A stretch of 64,000 nucleotides of DNA. It comes from a virus. The stretch's first letter is position 1; the number at the start of each line of letters is the position of its first letter. The translations under genes were made by a program, and so were the position numbers. The notes under the pieces are model-generated. The model was not told the origin of the DNA. It did not search any database and saw only the letters and a list, made by a program, of their open reading frames with translations. The stretch is taken from positions 32,001 to 96,000 of the IMG/VR virus record IMGVR_UViG_3300036772_000367; one strand, written 5' to 3'. This document shows, one piece after another, positions 19,101 to 30,100 of this stretch.

Positions 19101-19251
19101 AGAGTATTTCACAGCGCCTGACAATTCCGAAGAAGTCTCGCCCTCGCAGTACTATCCTTCGGGGAGGTTCGGCGATCCGCGTCATATCGGAATGCGTGCC
19201 TATGTGGATGTGCCCGAGGAATATCGTGTGCCAGACGAAGACGCATCGTGA
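16165..19251 (+). CDS. portal protein containing an intein
   Basis: Position and length; motifs GREYWLVGEA, RGIPILMRGF, DRLYTPLILAKLG resemble Bxz1-type portals (recall). Confidence 0.8.
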   Translation: MTDPGFQVNDRRRTTRTSGLVVGGSVDDAKEYARRMGRMPREGVTYTGMGDTNPYSRQFSRNRSEEQVVEEMRLNRRVASRRTATAGGTTGIPGGGMAGNNVSFATGRPRDPMFYWRQSNIPYDVTKDDELKKIREFCNTPEAPIWMGDYSFKPISEVQSGDEVIGWQYNTGPSGGQRKKLVRTKVLAVKRRVAPQVVRITMESGKVIRCTPDHQWANYSYSPTQREVLDRRIMKATGQPRNKPIAWKQPEYRAAQVGGYLTSFIEPTPELTDDKQRMAAMWLAGLYDGEGCGNELGQSATHNPAVCQRIKDSLETLGLPWTQQPNAIYIREAGQGYRWGAHQDMVNFLNWTEPTRKTTKQNDAAILVRPSGGKDRVVSIESEGPGEVVSMQTETGNYVAWGYASKNCRLLYLTHPVIAACTDIFTKFPLQGMELECKDDQLKDFYETLFFDQLDYPNYLKDLGREYWLVGEAWPLGSFNEILGVWEDEELLNPDDVQVERSPFLRDPRFLIKLPETLRRVLQQRSPAWEYDKLMRAYPELAAYAGDDALMPVSNILLKQLRFKGDTFHKRGIPILMRGFRAIVQEEMLNTALDAIADRLYTPLILAKLGASATDLGTDMPWVPTQLDLENFEEAVDAALAGDFRVITHHFATDMAPVFGRENMPDLSADFDRVLDRILMVYGISRTMLNGAEQGETYAADALNRDMVSQTLADYQALIKDFFRDRALVVAEAQEHFDYDVRGGKRYVKMEEVIVPDEETGEEKIIEQPALLVPELTFKTMTLADQQEERQFMEALNQAGVPVPYTRRLTGTGLDFDDIIEQRQSEQVALAVAEQETRRETFKALRDAGLPIPADLAQDFQPKSIPAGQPAMPEALPGQDAAIPTLGALPPDLPALAPSMEDQQQTDEEDASGPPGAANPLGQVIMMPNANMPQPGDQRPPESDEQRGRMPKPAKRKDELDPYDQFRARHFGQVKQAAREYFTAPDNSEEVSPSQYYPSGRFGDPRHIGMRAYVDVPEEYRVPDEDAS
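16576..17385 (+). mobile_element. intein (270 aa) with one clear LAGLIDADG motif
   Basis: Starts CNTPEAPIWMGD...ISEVQSGDEV; block B CTPDHQW; WLAGLYDGEG; ends YVAWGYASKN followed by Cys. Confidence 0.9.
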
Positions 19252-19260
19252 GGATATGAC

Positions 19261-19635
19261 ATGTCGCATTTGGTGAAGACCTTGGTTAAAGGACTGGAGT
19301 TGCCGGATGGCAACCTCTATCCCAATATCAATACGACGGTGACGCTTACCGATGAGCAGTTCGCCACTCTCAACGCCAGTGACTTTGTGTCCGACCTACA
19401 AGACCTTGGTGTGGCTTTCACCGCTATCACGGTCACTGCCTCCCCCTTCACCTATACCGTGGCGGCCTCGGGTACTCTCCTGATTAATCCCAGCGGAGCA
19501 ACGATCTCGGCGTTGACCTGGAACACACTCACGGTGCCCCCTGCCACTGCCCTGCTTCCTGTGTTGGCCAACGATGTACTGGTCGTGACTTACACAGGTG
19601 GCACTCCGTTGATGAACATTCGTAATCAGAGCTGA
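19261..19635 (+). CDS. virion accessory protein (paralogue 1)
   Basis: N-terminus homologous to the next gene. Confidence 0.7.
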   Translation: MSHLVKTLVKGLELPDGNLYPNINTTVTLTDEQFATLNASDFVSDLQDLGVAFTAITVTASPFTYTVAASGTLLINPSGATISALTWNTLTVPPATALLPVLANDVLVVTYTGGTPLMNIRNQS

Positions 19636-19637
19636 GC

Positions 19638-20069
19638 ATGGCACATATTGTCAAGACGTTGGTTCCCGGTATTTCGCTGACGGACGGTAAGTTTTATCCG
19701 TCGGCGAATGCTGTAGTCACTCTGACGGACGCTCAGTATGCGCAATTGTCGCCGAGCGTATTCTACGACAACATCTTGTTGGATTTGGGTACCGGTACGA
19801 CCGTCAGCACGGTACCAGTTGGTCTTCCAACGACATCAACGCAGGGTTCAGGAACACTATCTACTGGCAACGTGGCGGCAGCGGGGACCGTAGTGACCCC
19901 CATGACACAATGGACGATGGTGCATAATCTGGGGTTTTATCCAGCAGCGTTGTGCTGTCTCGATACGCAAGGAAATATCATGTGGCCCAGCTCAATCGAC
20001 TGGCCAGATCTCAACACGATGACGGCTGGTTGGTCACAGCTAGAATCTGGTTCGTGGAAGGTGTCCTGA
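19638..20069 (+). CDS. virion accessory protein (paralogue 2)
   Basis: Shared N-domain; C-terminal W.MVHNLGFYP beta domain typical of phage fibre accessory proteins. Confidence 0.7.
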   Translation: MAHIVKTLVPGISLTDGKFYPSANAVVTLTDAQYAQLSPSVFYDNILLDLGTGTTVSTVPVGLPTTSTQGSGTLSTGNVAAAGTVVTPMTQWTMVHNLGFYPAALCCLDTQGNIMWPSSIDWPDLNTMTAGWSQLESGSWKVS

Positions 20070-20070
20070 C

Positions 20071-21180
20071 ATGATGAAGTTTGATGGACCAGTCAACTAC
20101 AATAATCAGAGTCTAGTGCAGGCTTTGGCTGAACTATTGTCGGTAGATCCGTCCACGCCCATAGAGGGCCGCTTCTGGTACGACACGACGAACCACTTGT
20201 ACAAGTGGTTCAACGGTTCGACGAATATCAACCCGCTGGCTCGTACGAGTCACTCGGGGACGCAGACGTCGGCGACGATCTCGGATCTGGCTGCCGTGGT
20301 GCAAGCGTACCGGCTATCTCAGTTCGCCGCGCCGAACGCCAGCGTGCCGATGGGTGCGCAACAGTTCTCCGGGCTGGCCACTGCCAACGCATCCGGGCAG
20401 GCAGTGGAGTACGCCCAGTTCCAGACGGCGCTCGCTGCTGTCCAGTCAGGGATGGACTTCAAGCAGCACGTCAGCATCATCGCGTTGGCGAACGTAACGA
20501 CATCGAGCCCCGGCGCCACGATCAACGGTCGGACGATGGTGGCCGGCGATCGTGTACTGCTGGCAGCGCAGACGACGACGTCTCAGAACGGCCTGTGGAC
20601 GTGGAGCGGTGCCGCCAGTGCGCTCACACGGCCCGCTGACGCCCCGACAGGTGCGACGGCTGCCGTGGTGGCCGGCACGATCGTGGAGGGCTACAACGCC
20701 ACGGTCAGGACTCTGTACATGCAGACGTCTCTGGGAACCGGTACGAACGGCGCGATCGTGGTGGACACGGATGCGCAGACGTGGACGCAGCCGTTCACCG
20801 GCACCACATATACGGCGGGCAACGGTCTGCAATTGATCGGATCAGTGTTCTCGGCACTGTTGCAGTCCGGCTCGCTGCTGTTGTCATCGGGATCCGGACT
20901 GGCGGTGGACAGTTCGAAGGTCCTTCAAAAGGTAACCGGAGTTGTGCCGACAGCCACGTCAGGAATCTTCACGATCTCGGGTAGCACGGTGACGATCAAT
21001 CACGGTCTGAACAACCAGGATGCTGATTTGTCATTGCGGTTCGGCAGTTCGCCGGGCGCAGGAAACACGACCGGTTCCAAATTGTATGTCGATCACGCAC
21101 CGGTCGACGCGAACAATTTGACGTTCACCTTGTCCGCTGCTCCGGCTGCGAACCAGTATCGCGTGATGGTCAGCGGCTGA
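20071..21180 (+). CDS. head/tail fibre-like structural protein
   Basis: T/S/G/A-rich; GDRVLLAAQTTTSQNGLW and TINHGLN motifs. Confidence 0.7.
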   Translation: MMKFDGPVNYNNQSLVQALAELLSVDPSTPIEGRFWYDTTNHLYKWFNGSTNINPLARTSHSGTQTSATISDLAAVVQAYRLSQFAAPNASVPMGAQQFSGLATANASGQAVEYAQFQTALAAVQSGMDFKQHVSIIALANVTTSSPGATINGRTMVAGDRVLLAAQTTTSQNGLWTWSGAASALTRPADAPTGATAAVVAGTIVEGYNATVRTLYMQTSLGTGTNGAIVVDTDAQTWTQPFTGTTYTAGNGLQLIGSVFSALLQSGSLLLSSGSGLAVDSSKVLQKVTGVVPTATSGIFTISGSTVTINHGLNNQDADLSLRFGSSPGAGNTTGSKLYVDHAPVDANNLTFTLSAAPAANQYRVMVSG

Positions 21181-23387
21181 TGGGTGGCCCTTTGTGGCGG
21201 CAACCTGTGCGGTTGGACGCTGATCCCACCGCCTTGTCCTCGATCGCGACGAAGAACTATACGGATGGCCTGGGTGCCAGATGGGTGCCGGTCGCCGGTC
21301 GAGCGACAGTGGCGAATGAGAACACCAATTTCGCCAATGCAGGTTTGCAGTGGGCTACAGCCGCCCGGTACGGCCGCACGGTGCATCGGGTGATGGTGGG
21401 TGGCGCGAAGCAGATCCGACTGGAGTACGCGAACTGGGGCTGCCAGAACGGTGACTCGACCGCCGCTGTGGGCGGAACGTTGTCGTTGAGCGCGCGACCA
21501 TTTGAGGTGGCAAACCCCAATTCGGTGCAGTTTCGGGCGTCGATCGAGTATCCGGCGGGTGTATGGCGACAGACGGCTGGCAGCACGGCGTGGTCTTCGG
21601 CGACCGCCTATGCGATCGGGGACCAGGTCACCTCCAATGGCTCGACGTGGGTGTCGATCCAGGCCGGCACGAATCAGACCCCGGCCAGTGGTTCGGTTTT
21701 CTGGCAACAGTCACTGCGATACCTGGTGCACTGGGATGGCGAGGACACGACTCGCGCGGTGATATGTGCGGGTGGGACGATGGTGCAGTCGGTGCCGATA
21801 GCCGTTCCCACATTGCGATCCGGCACCTATCTTGCGGTGAACTCGATGGTGCTGACGGGATCAGCAACGAACAAGTTCACGGTTGGTGACATCTCCCGGT
21901 CGAAGGACTTCGCAGTCGACTACGCCACAACACCGCCGACCGCTGGTTCCGCGACAGACCCGGTTGATTCGGGGGTGACGACACAGACCTCGGCAACAGC
22001 CGGCACGCCAATCCCGATGCCGTTGATGGTGTCGGGGATCGCGTCGTCCAACACGGCGGTCGCGGTGATTGGTGACTCGATCGTGTACGGCTTGCAAGAC
22101 ACCGACACGGCGTGGGGTTTCCAGCGCGGTTATGCGGCGGCGGCGATGGAGGACACTCAGACATCCTGGCTGCGGGCTGCACAGTCTGGTTCGGAGGCAA
22201 GCCAGTATTTACCAGCGAATTCACCACTGCGGCTGTCGGTGATCAGTCGGTGTACGGCGGCATTCGTGAATCTCGGGGTCAACGACATCACTGACCAAGC
22301 CGGTGTGACGGCTACGGTGCAGGCGAATCTGGTGGCCTTGTGGACGGCGCTGGATCAGCTCGGCTTGCAAGTATGGCAGTCCACGATCATGCCTTCTACC
22401 ACGTCGACTGATAGTTGGGCCACCAAAGCGAACCAGACAGTGCAGGGCGCATTCGACACGAGCCGACAGGCGATTAACTCGTGGCTGCGTACCGGGGCGA
22501 CCTGGACGATCCTGGGGCAGTCCATTTCGATGGGTAACCCATTGCATCCACTGACCGGTGTGGTGGATCTGTCCTTGTGGACGGAAGACCCTACCGATTC
22601 GTCGCGGTGGCTATCGAATGGCACCGCGAGCTACTGGACGTTGGACGGTACGCATCCGTCCCCGGCGGCGTATGCATCGCTGGCCAGCCAGTTGATGCTC
22701 TTCGTGCGAAAGATGGCGTCCCTAGGCAGCCCCTACCCGTTTGCTGGGGCCCAGGTGGATGCGGTGCCAGCGCTGTTCTTCAACGGCCTGGTGTCTCTAG
22801 GTGGTGCGCAAGACGGATTCGTCTACGGTGACCTGCTGTCGTCGATGCCCCGCAAGGACGCCATATCGATGCTGGACACGGCGAAGTCGGGGAACTCGAA
22901 CGTGCTGACGACGCAGGCAGCCTCCACCACGAGGACGTACTACACCTGGTTGGGGACGCCGGGGATTCCACAAAAGGTGTCGACCATCAAGATTTGTCTG
23001 GGTTCGACGACATCGGCGTCAGCAACCAATGCCACGGCAGTCACGGTGGGTCTCTATGTGGGTCCATCGAATGTATCTCTGACCCAGGTTGCGACGGGGA
23101 CGGTCAGCACTCCGACGACAACCGGCGAAAAAGATGTGGCGTTGTCGAACTCGGTCACCATCAAGAATGGCCAGTACGCAGTGGTGATGGTGGCGGTCAC
23201 CCTCGGTGTGACGGCAGGTCAGGTGCTGTGCGCGAATGTCGCCGGATCCACTTTTGCTGGTGTCGCTACTCCAGCCGGACAGACCAGCTCCGGCTATGCG
23301 TTGCCGTCCGGTGCACTGCCGACTGGCACAATCAGTCTGGGTGGCTATCAACCCTTGCAGCAGAAGTTCTGGGCGGCACTCGCATAG
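21180..23387 (+). CDS. SGNH/GDSL hydrolase with carbohydrate-binding module, probably virion-associated
   Basis: IGDSI, SGS, LGVND and DGTHP blocks; CBM5/12-like AWSSATAYAIGDQVTSNGSTW. Confidence 0.8.
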   Translation: MGGPLWRQPVRLDADPTALSSIATKNYTDGLGARWVPVAGRATVANENTNFANAGLQWATAARYGRTVHRVMVGGAKQIRLEYANWGCQNGDSTAAVGGTLSLSARPFEVANPNSVQFRASIEYPAGVWRQTAGSTAWSSATAYAIGDQVTSNGSTWVSIQAGTNQTPASGSVFWQQSLRYLVHWDGEDTTRAVICAGGTMVQSVPIAVPTLRSGTYLAVNSMVLTGSATNKFTVGDISRSKDFAVDYATTPPTAGSATDPVDSGVTTQTSATAGTPIPMPLMVSGIASSNTAVAVIGDSIVYGLQDTDTAWGFQRGYAAAAMEDTQTSWLRAAQSGSEASQYLPANSPLRLSVISRCTAAFVNLGVNDITDQAGVTATVQANLVALWTALDQLGLQVWQSTIMPSTTSTDSWATKANQTVQGAFDTSRQAINSWLRTGATWTILGQSISMGNPLHPLTGVVDLSLWTEDPTDSSRWLSNGTASYWTLDGTHPSPAAYASLASQLMLFVRKMASLGSPYPFAGAQVDAVPALFFNGLVSLGGAQDGFVYGDLLSSMPRKDAISMLDTAKSGNSNVLTTQAASTTRTYYTWLGTPGIPQKVSTIKICLGSTTSASATNATAVTVGLYVGPSNVSLTQVATGTVSTPTTTGEKDVALSNSVTIKNGQYAVVMVAVTLGVTAGQVLCANVAGSTFAGVATPAGQTSSGYALPSGALPTGTISLGGYQPLQQKFWAALA

Positions 23388-23392
23388 CTGTT

Positions 23393-23433
23393 CTGTCCTG
23401 CGTGGCGCAGAGAGCGCCTCTGGTAAGGAGTGA
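23393..23433 (+). promoter_or_regulatory. putative late promoter motif (degenerate spacing)
   Basis: CTGTCCTGCG...TAAGGAGTGA upstream of 23445. Confidence 0.4.
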
Positions 23434-23444
23434 AGGAGGCAATC

Positions 23445-23978
23445 ATGGGGCTGGGATATCGTCACGCAAGTTTGCACGAAACAATGGCAGTACGCAGGCT
23501 AGCCATGGATACGTCGGTCTTCCACGTGTTCAAGGAAGGCCAGCAGGTGATGACCATTGACGGTGTGCCCGGCACCGTGACGGCCGTGCAGGATGGTCCG
23601 GTCGCGGGCAACGAGAACTACGACGTCACCCTGATCAATGGTCTGGGCGGCGGTCAGTACACGGCCAGCCAGCTCACCTCGATGGGTACTCCTACGGTGG
23701 CCTCGGAACACCACCTGGCGTCGGATGACTACGAGGAGCTGCGAGACATCCTCGTACAACGTCCTCCGATCGAACGAGAAGCTACGGCAGGGCGTCCCAA
23801 CGAGGATGAGCCGCATGACTCTACGTCTCTGACGGATCCCTTCGCCTGGGCGCCGGACGAGGAGGACTTCCAGGCCCCCGATCTGTCTCGGCAGCTTCCT
23901 CAAGGCGGCTACCACCAGCCCAACTCAGGTCCGGTACAGATGCCTGCCTACGTCGATCCGGAATGGAAGAATCACTAA
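23445..23978 (+). CDS. head-module protein with SH3-like beta domain
   Basis: AAGGAGG RBS; FKEGQQVMTIDGVPGTV...YDVTL; RHA/RLA/HLA/REA motifs. Confidence 0.65.
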   Translation: MGLGYRHASLHETMAVRRLAMDTSVFHVFKEGQQVMTIDGVPGTVTAVQDGPVAGNENYDVTLINGLGGGQYTASQLTSMGTPTVASEHHLASDDYEELRDILVQRPPIEREATAGRPNEDEPHDSTSLTDPFAWAPDEEDFQAPDLSRQLPQGGYHQPNSGPVQMPAYVDPEWKNH

Positions 23979-24184
23979 TGAAGTATTGGTCATCCTTTAC
24001 GACCAATCAGCTTCATGAGGGTCGCATAGGATATGAAGCATATGGCGCCTATACAAATATGAAGACTTTCGACGGCCGCGACATGCCTCCGTGGGACAAG
24101 TTGCCTGATCGGACGCAGAATGCCTGGACAACCGCTGCGCAGGCACTCAAAGAGCAGTTCGCTCCCGACCCGGTAGACGAGTAG
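23978..24184 (+). CDS. small phage protein
   Basis: GRIGYEAY...MPPWDKL...QNAWTTAA pattern; lower GC. Confidence 0.6.
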   Translation: MKYWSSFTTNQLHEGRIGYEAYGAYTNMKTFDGRDMPPWDKLPDRTQNAWTTAAQALKEQFAPDPVDE

Positions 24185-24186
24185 GA

Positions 24187-27100
24187 GTGGTTGTGTGGCA
24201 TCCGTCCGATCGGCTCTACGCCACCGCTGAGGTCGCTGAGGGCGATCGCAACCCCAGCGGGGTGAAGCCGTTGACCTCGGATCTGCCCGAGCAACAGTTC
24301 GAGGGTGATGGCGGGCCGCCACCGTGCCCCTACTGTGGCCACCCCGAGTTCAAGGAGTTGCCGTCCAACGGCCGGGCCGATCGCGCCCAATGTGCCCAGT
24401 GTGGTGGCATGGTCTACTCGGTCAACGGCAGTCAGTGGCAACCTGAGCTGATCGGTGATCCTTCCAATCACCCCTCCAGCGCAGCGGACCCCGCGTCCGG
24501 TGGTGTGGGTGGTGCGGCGAACTCCGAGGTCCTGATGAACCAGGGACCTGTGCGGACGCACGACGATTCTCAGCTCCGCAACTCGTTGAGTTCACTGGTG
24601 AAGACGGCCGACGATGATCAGTGTCCGCGTTGCTCCGGCGACATGACCGACACAGCGCCGGATCGTTGCTTGGACTGTGGCTATACCCAACCGACTCGTG
24701 TCTCGGACAATCCTCCGCAACATTCTGGACAACGTGTCGCCCTACTGCATACCGCATTGTCCTGGGATGAGATTGGGGATCGGCATCCCCACGTCTACGG
24801 CGACTCCGAGATCCATGGGGATGCCGCTGACGGGGCAGATGGCCCAGGCATCGGATCGGCCGCCAATTACCTAGCCCACGAGACACCAGAGGATCCGGAT
24901 GGGGAAGGGCACTCCGAACACGAGCTGGAGTTCCGCGCGAGGACGGTGCACCCGCGCCACATCGACTACAGCCCCAGCGGTTCGGATGACTACCGGGTGA
25001 AGCGCGCCCGTGAGGGCTATCAGACCCAGCCGGAGATGATGCCGCCGCTGGTGTTGGTCAAGCGCCACAACGTATATCAGGTGGCCGATGGTCACCACCG
25101 GGCCGAGGCCGCTGCTTCGCTGAACCAGCCGGTGCGGGCCTACATCGCGGACTCTCCCTATCCCGATACACCTTTCCGGGACGGCGAGATCGGTCCCTTC
25201 CACCACGCCGAGCCGATCGAGGCCGAACACCACACGGCAGCGAAACCACGACCAAGCAAGAGCTTTCCCAATGGAAAGCGTCACGGCATCGAGATTACTG
25301 ACGGTGCCTACCCAGACGAGTCAGGCATTGTTCAGTGTGACAACTGCGGTAAATACCACTCTGCTACGTACGACCATGAAGGCCAGCACCACGAGGGGCC
25401 CATCCATGCGGTGACGTGCCCGCAGGATGGCATGACCGACTACTACACCAACGAGCGCCTGGAGCCACGCGAGGCGGCACTGAACGATGAGGTTCCCTGG
25501 TGTGCGCACCTTTACCACGGCAACTGCACCTATCCCGGTGACAAGCTGCCCAACGGCACCATCCTGGGCATCCCGCAGGATCGTGGTCCGTGCCCATGGA
25601 AGCACTCGGCGTTCCAGCAGGCCGCGTGTCCCATCTCAGCGCCAGGACCGATGGCTGTCATGACGGTGACAGCCGAGTCGCATACTGCTGATGGCGACTA
25701 TCGAATGCAGCACCAAGCGCCCGATGCCGACTACGGGGCCCCGCTGCATGATGTCGAAGAGATGATGCCCGACTTCTATACGCACCCGCATTACTACAAC
25801 ACTGGTCAGGAACATTTCTGGGATTCCGCTAACAAGATCATAAAGGCGCGCGGGAACCCAGAGAAGAAGGTTCAGATCTATCGGTCGCTGCCGGCCGACT
25901 ACGCGCACGAAGGTTTCCACACGGGCGATTGGGTCACCACATCGAAGGACTATGCCCGTGAGCATGGTAAGGCCACTGAGGACAAAGGATCAGAGCACGA
26001 CTGGCCGATCATCTCCACCAGGGTGCCAGCGAAGCACCTGCACACCGAGGGAGACGTCCACGAGTGGGCCTACAACGGCCCGGAGAAGCCCTTCGGCCAC
26101 ACGGTGAGCTTCCCGGGCGGTCGTGAGCAACAGATCCGGCAGCGTGCCGATGGCACCGTGCAACGGGTCAAGCATCGTCCTGTCGACCCGTTGAATGCCC
26201 AAGGGTACAGCTTCAGTCATCACATGCTGAACGAGAACTCGGATAACCCGGCGCATCAAGTGACGGCGTATGGCCCCGACGAGAACTATGCGGGGCACCA
26301 CCGAGTCGATGCGCAGGGCACCGTCGAGTCCCACGTCGAGCCCGAACATGAGCATATGGCAGATCCGCTGCGTGAGCGGATGGCCAATGAAGTCACCAAG
26401 CGCATGGCGTCACTGCATGTTGGTATCGAGGAAATGCAGCGGATTGCCATTTTTGACGGGGAAGAACAGTGGCATCTCACTGCGGTGACCGCTGGTGCGC
26501 ACGACAGCGATACAGAAATGAAGGGCTTCGGTCTCGATCCCCTGCATGAGGACGATGACTACGCCACTCTGCATCACAAATTCTCGCAGCACTATCGCAT
26601 TCTCGATCATGTTTATGCCAGCGGCAACGAAGCGCATCCAGACGACGTGGATGCTGCTGATGCCATTGATCGGCATCATCGTGACCATGATGTCCCGCCC
26701 ATCACGGATTCCACCTACGGTGATGCGCTACCGCATCAGATGGCGTCGGTGGCTGCCCAAATGATGGTCAACAAGCGTGCAGATCACAGAAGACTCGATC
26801 ATCCTACTGTGACCATGGAGCGAATTCCAGCGAAAGATCATGCGTCTGGGGATTTCAAACAAGGCAGTGTACTGGGTGACTATCAACACGACATCTCACA
26901 CATTCGGTTGGATCCTTATGTTTTGGCCAATGCTGAGATCAACCGCGAAGAGCACGCACCTCAGTCTGATGCACGTGGCTGGCACGTACCTGCTGGAAAT
27001 GCCAATCCGTGGCAGACCACTATCTCTCACGAGGGTGGGCACCACAGGGAAATGAGCCTGACGTCACAGCAACGTGCTTCTATGTTTCGCGACATTTCCC

Positions 27101-30100
27101 ATACTATTCCTGGAGTGACTCCATACACGGAGAAGCGGGCTACTGAACACGGATTGAATAAATGGCATAACGCGAACTATGCCCACCTCATCAATCACGT
27201 CGGGACGTATGCCGCAAAGAATTACCGCGAACTTGCAGCTGAGTTGTATTCTGAACATAGACATGCCGACAATCCATCGCTTGCTGCTCAGACAGCGGGC
27301 CGTCATCTGGAGGGGCGATTTGACGACGATAACAATGAACAGCGCGGATTTGCAGGAGAGTTTGGCGAAGCTAGTTCATATGGAGCCCAGCGCCGAACGG
27401 GATCAGGCCATCGCGAAGGTCATCTCACAGTTGGAGGAGTGCAGGCAGAAGGGTCTCTAACTTTCTGCACTGATACTGAGGAAATGCAGCGGGTCGCCGC
27501 GCTCGACAAAGAGGGACAGTGGCATCTGACGGCGTCCTGGGCAGACGTCAAGGACAAGGCGAAGCTGATCCGCGCGGGTGGTGGTGTCCGTATCGCCGTG
27601 GCATCGATGGATGGCATTGGCGGAGAAGTCCAGGGTGAGCACCATGTCTACGAGACACTGCTGACCTTCGTGCCCGGCTCGTACAAAGTGGGTTCCTGGC
27701 AGTGCGGCTGCAAGTGGGCTGCCTATGCTTGGGGCCGCTCGCCAGCGTATCGACGGTTCGAAGGCCGGATGTGCTCCCATGCCCTGGCCATGCAGTACGA
27801 GGCCCAGGCCCGAGGGATGTTCGGCCGCACTGTCCAGGAGGACCGGGAGCGTCCACACTGGCTCAAGCCGCACTCGCCGGTCGTAGTGCAGTACGAGCGA
27901 CCGAGTGAGAAGCACCCGCAGGGCATCGACCTGACGCGTCGTGCGGTGCCGCCGGGCAACATGCGCACGACGTTCGGGTCCAAGGAGGCAGCGATGGAAC
28001 CAGCACAACTGATCGCGCTGGCCGTGCTGACGATGTGCGACCACGATCCGGTGCGTGCCATCCCCTCCCTGGGGCTGTACGGCTTCGACCACCGCACTGC
28101 GCAACTGTTGATCAAGCAGGCGACCGAACACGAGGACGCGGAAAGTCTGAGCGTGCCGCCGTTGCGCTTGGAGCAGCTGCACCCCGAACCGATGCGGTCT
28201 ACTGCGTCGAAGCGATGCCCTGAGTGCAGTGCCTCGGTTTCCAGCAGTGCGCTGACGTGCCCCGAGTGCGGTGCGAACCTTGCCGATGTTCCCGAACTCC
28301 ATGAGGCTTCATGGCAGGACGAGGAGCAGCGCTGTCCGCACTGTGGTGGCTACCTGGGCCCGACCGCGTTCAAGGCGGGGCGCTGCCCGCACTGCGGCCA
28401 TGCACTGTCGCACCGGGAAGGTGCCTACGAGCCGGGCCTGCACAACACGCAGGATGCCCGGATGAACACCGAGGCCCCTGACTGGGGCACAGACCACCTC
28501 GTGCCCTGCGACCAGTGTCGTGGACAAGGCTGCGGTCACTGCGGCGGCACGGGCAACGTGGTGCAGATGAACGGGGTCACTGGCTCGCCTGTGCCTGACC
28601 AGTCCGAGGGTGCCGGCGACGTCATGCGTCAGGACGGCTTGGCGTGGGGTGATCCCATCTCGATGGGTGCCGTGTTGGCAGCACATGAAGATGACCCAAC
28701 TTACTTGCGCTTTGGCTCGTGGCCGAAGGACGAGCGATCGCGAAACAATATCACGGGGTTCCCTGAAGAAGGCGTGAGCGTCTACGATCTCGACCACCGT
28801 GGTGAGCCGAAGGATCCGGACGCCAACTTTGGTCGCTTGCATGAGCACCACGAGCATTGTGATCCGGACTGCGATTTGGACTCGTGGAACGAGGACTACG
28901 GTAACGACACCCTGGAGGAAATGCGGGGACGAGTGCATCGTGCCGAGAGGACTCGCTACAACGGCAACGAGAACCACAGCGATACCGGACATCTGGTCAA
29001 GGGCGAGATGGCGGGCATTGGCCATGACGGCGAGCCGCTGCTGAAGAATGTGCGCCGAGTCGGCGACTGGATCGATCATCGCCATCTGTTTTTCCCGCAG
29101 GCGGAGAGGCACCGACTGGCTCGTGATCCCTATGACGAGGACTACGAAGAGCCCAAGCTGAACAAACGTAGCGCAAAGAAGCAGGAGAGCCACGCGCCTT
29201 CGGTCGCGGGCGTGGCGCTCAAGGCGGCCGACACGGGTCGAGTACTGATGCTGCAACGTGGCCTAGAGGACAAGAAGGATCCTGCTGCTGGTACGTGGGA
29301 ATTCCCCGGCGGCCACATTGAGCCGGGCGACAAGACGTCTCTGCATGGTGCGATGCGGGAGTGGGAAGAGGAAGTCGGTCAACCGTTCCCGGACGGTGGT
29401 GTGGTCCACCACGTCTGGACGTCGCCGAATGGTGTCTACCAGGGTCACGTCGTGGTGATCCCCGCCGAGCGTGACCTGACGATGCACGACGGCCGCGTGA
29501 TGACCAATCCTGATGATCCACATGGTGATCATGCCGAGCAGGCTGCCTGGTGGCAGGTCGAGCACGCACGCAAGAACCCCGCACTGCGGCCCGAGGTGAA
29601 GCAGAATACGCCATGGAAGCAGCTTGCCAACGCAGGAATGCAGAAGGAAGCTGACTACGCCGCGAATGATGCACTCAGTGGCGGCGGTCCCGAGGTGCAC
29701 ACGCCTACCGACGCACCGCAGCACTCTAACTCCACAAACCCGGCCAGCACCGGCTACGCGACGTCCTGGGATCCGAACGGGTGGAACGGCGAGGAACCCT
29801 TCGGCGGTCGTGATGACGTGCCCATGGCGGGCTACTCGGCATCCTTGGCACCCATCATCGAACCCCGATACTCCTACCAGCCGCCGCAGGCCGTAGCGAG
29901 TGTCCTGGGCCAATGGGGGCAGGGACAGACACCCGTGGTGTTCGAGCGTGCCGCCAGGACGCTGGCCACTCTGCACGACGAGCCAGAACCTGCGCTGCCC
30001 TCCACCGATGGTGGTGACGAGCGCATGAAGCCGATCAACCACCTGCATCACGGCATCCCACACAATGACCAGGGCACAATGCCGTACGGCTATGACGATC

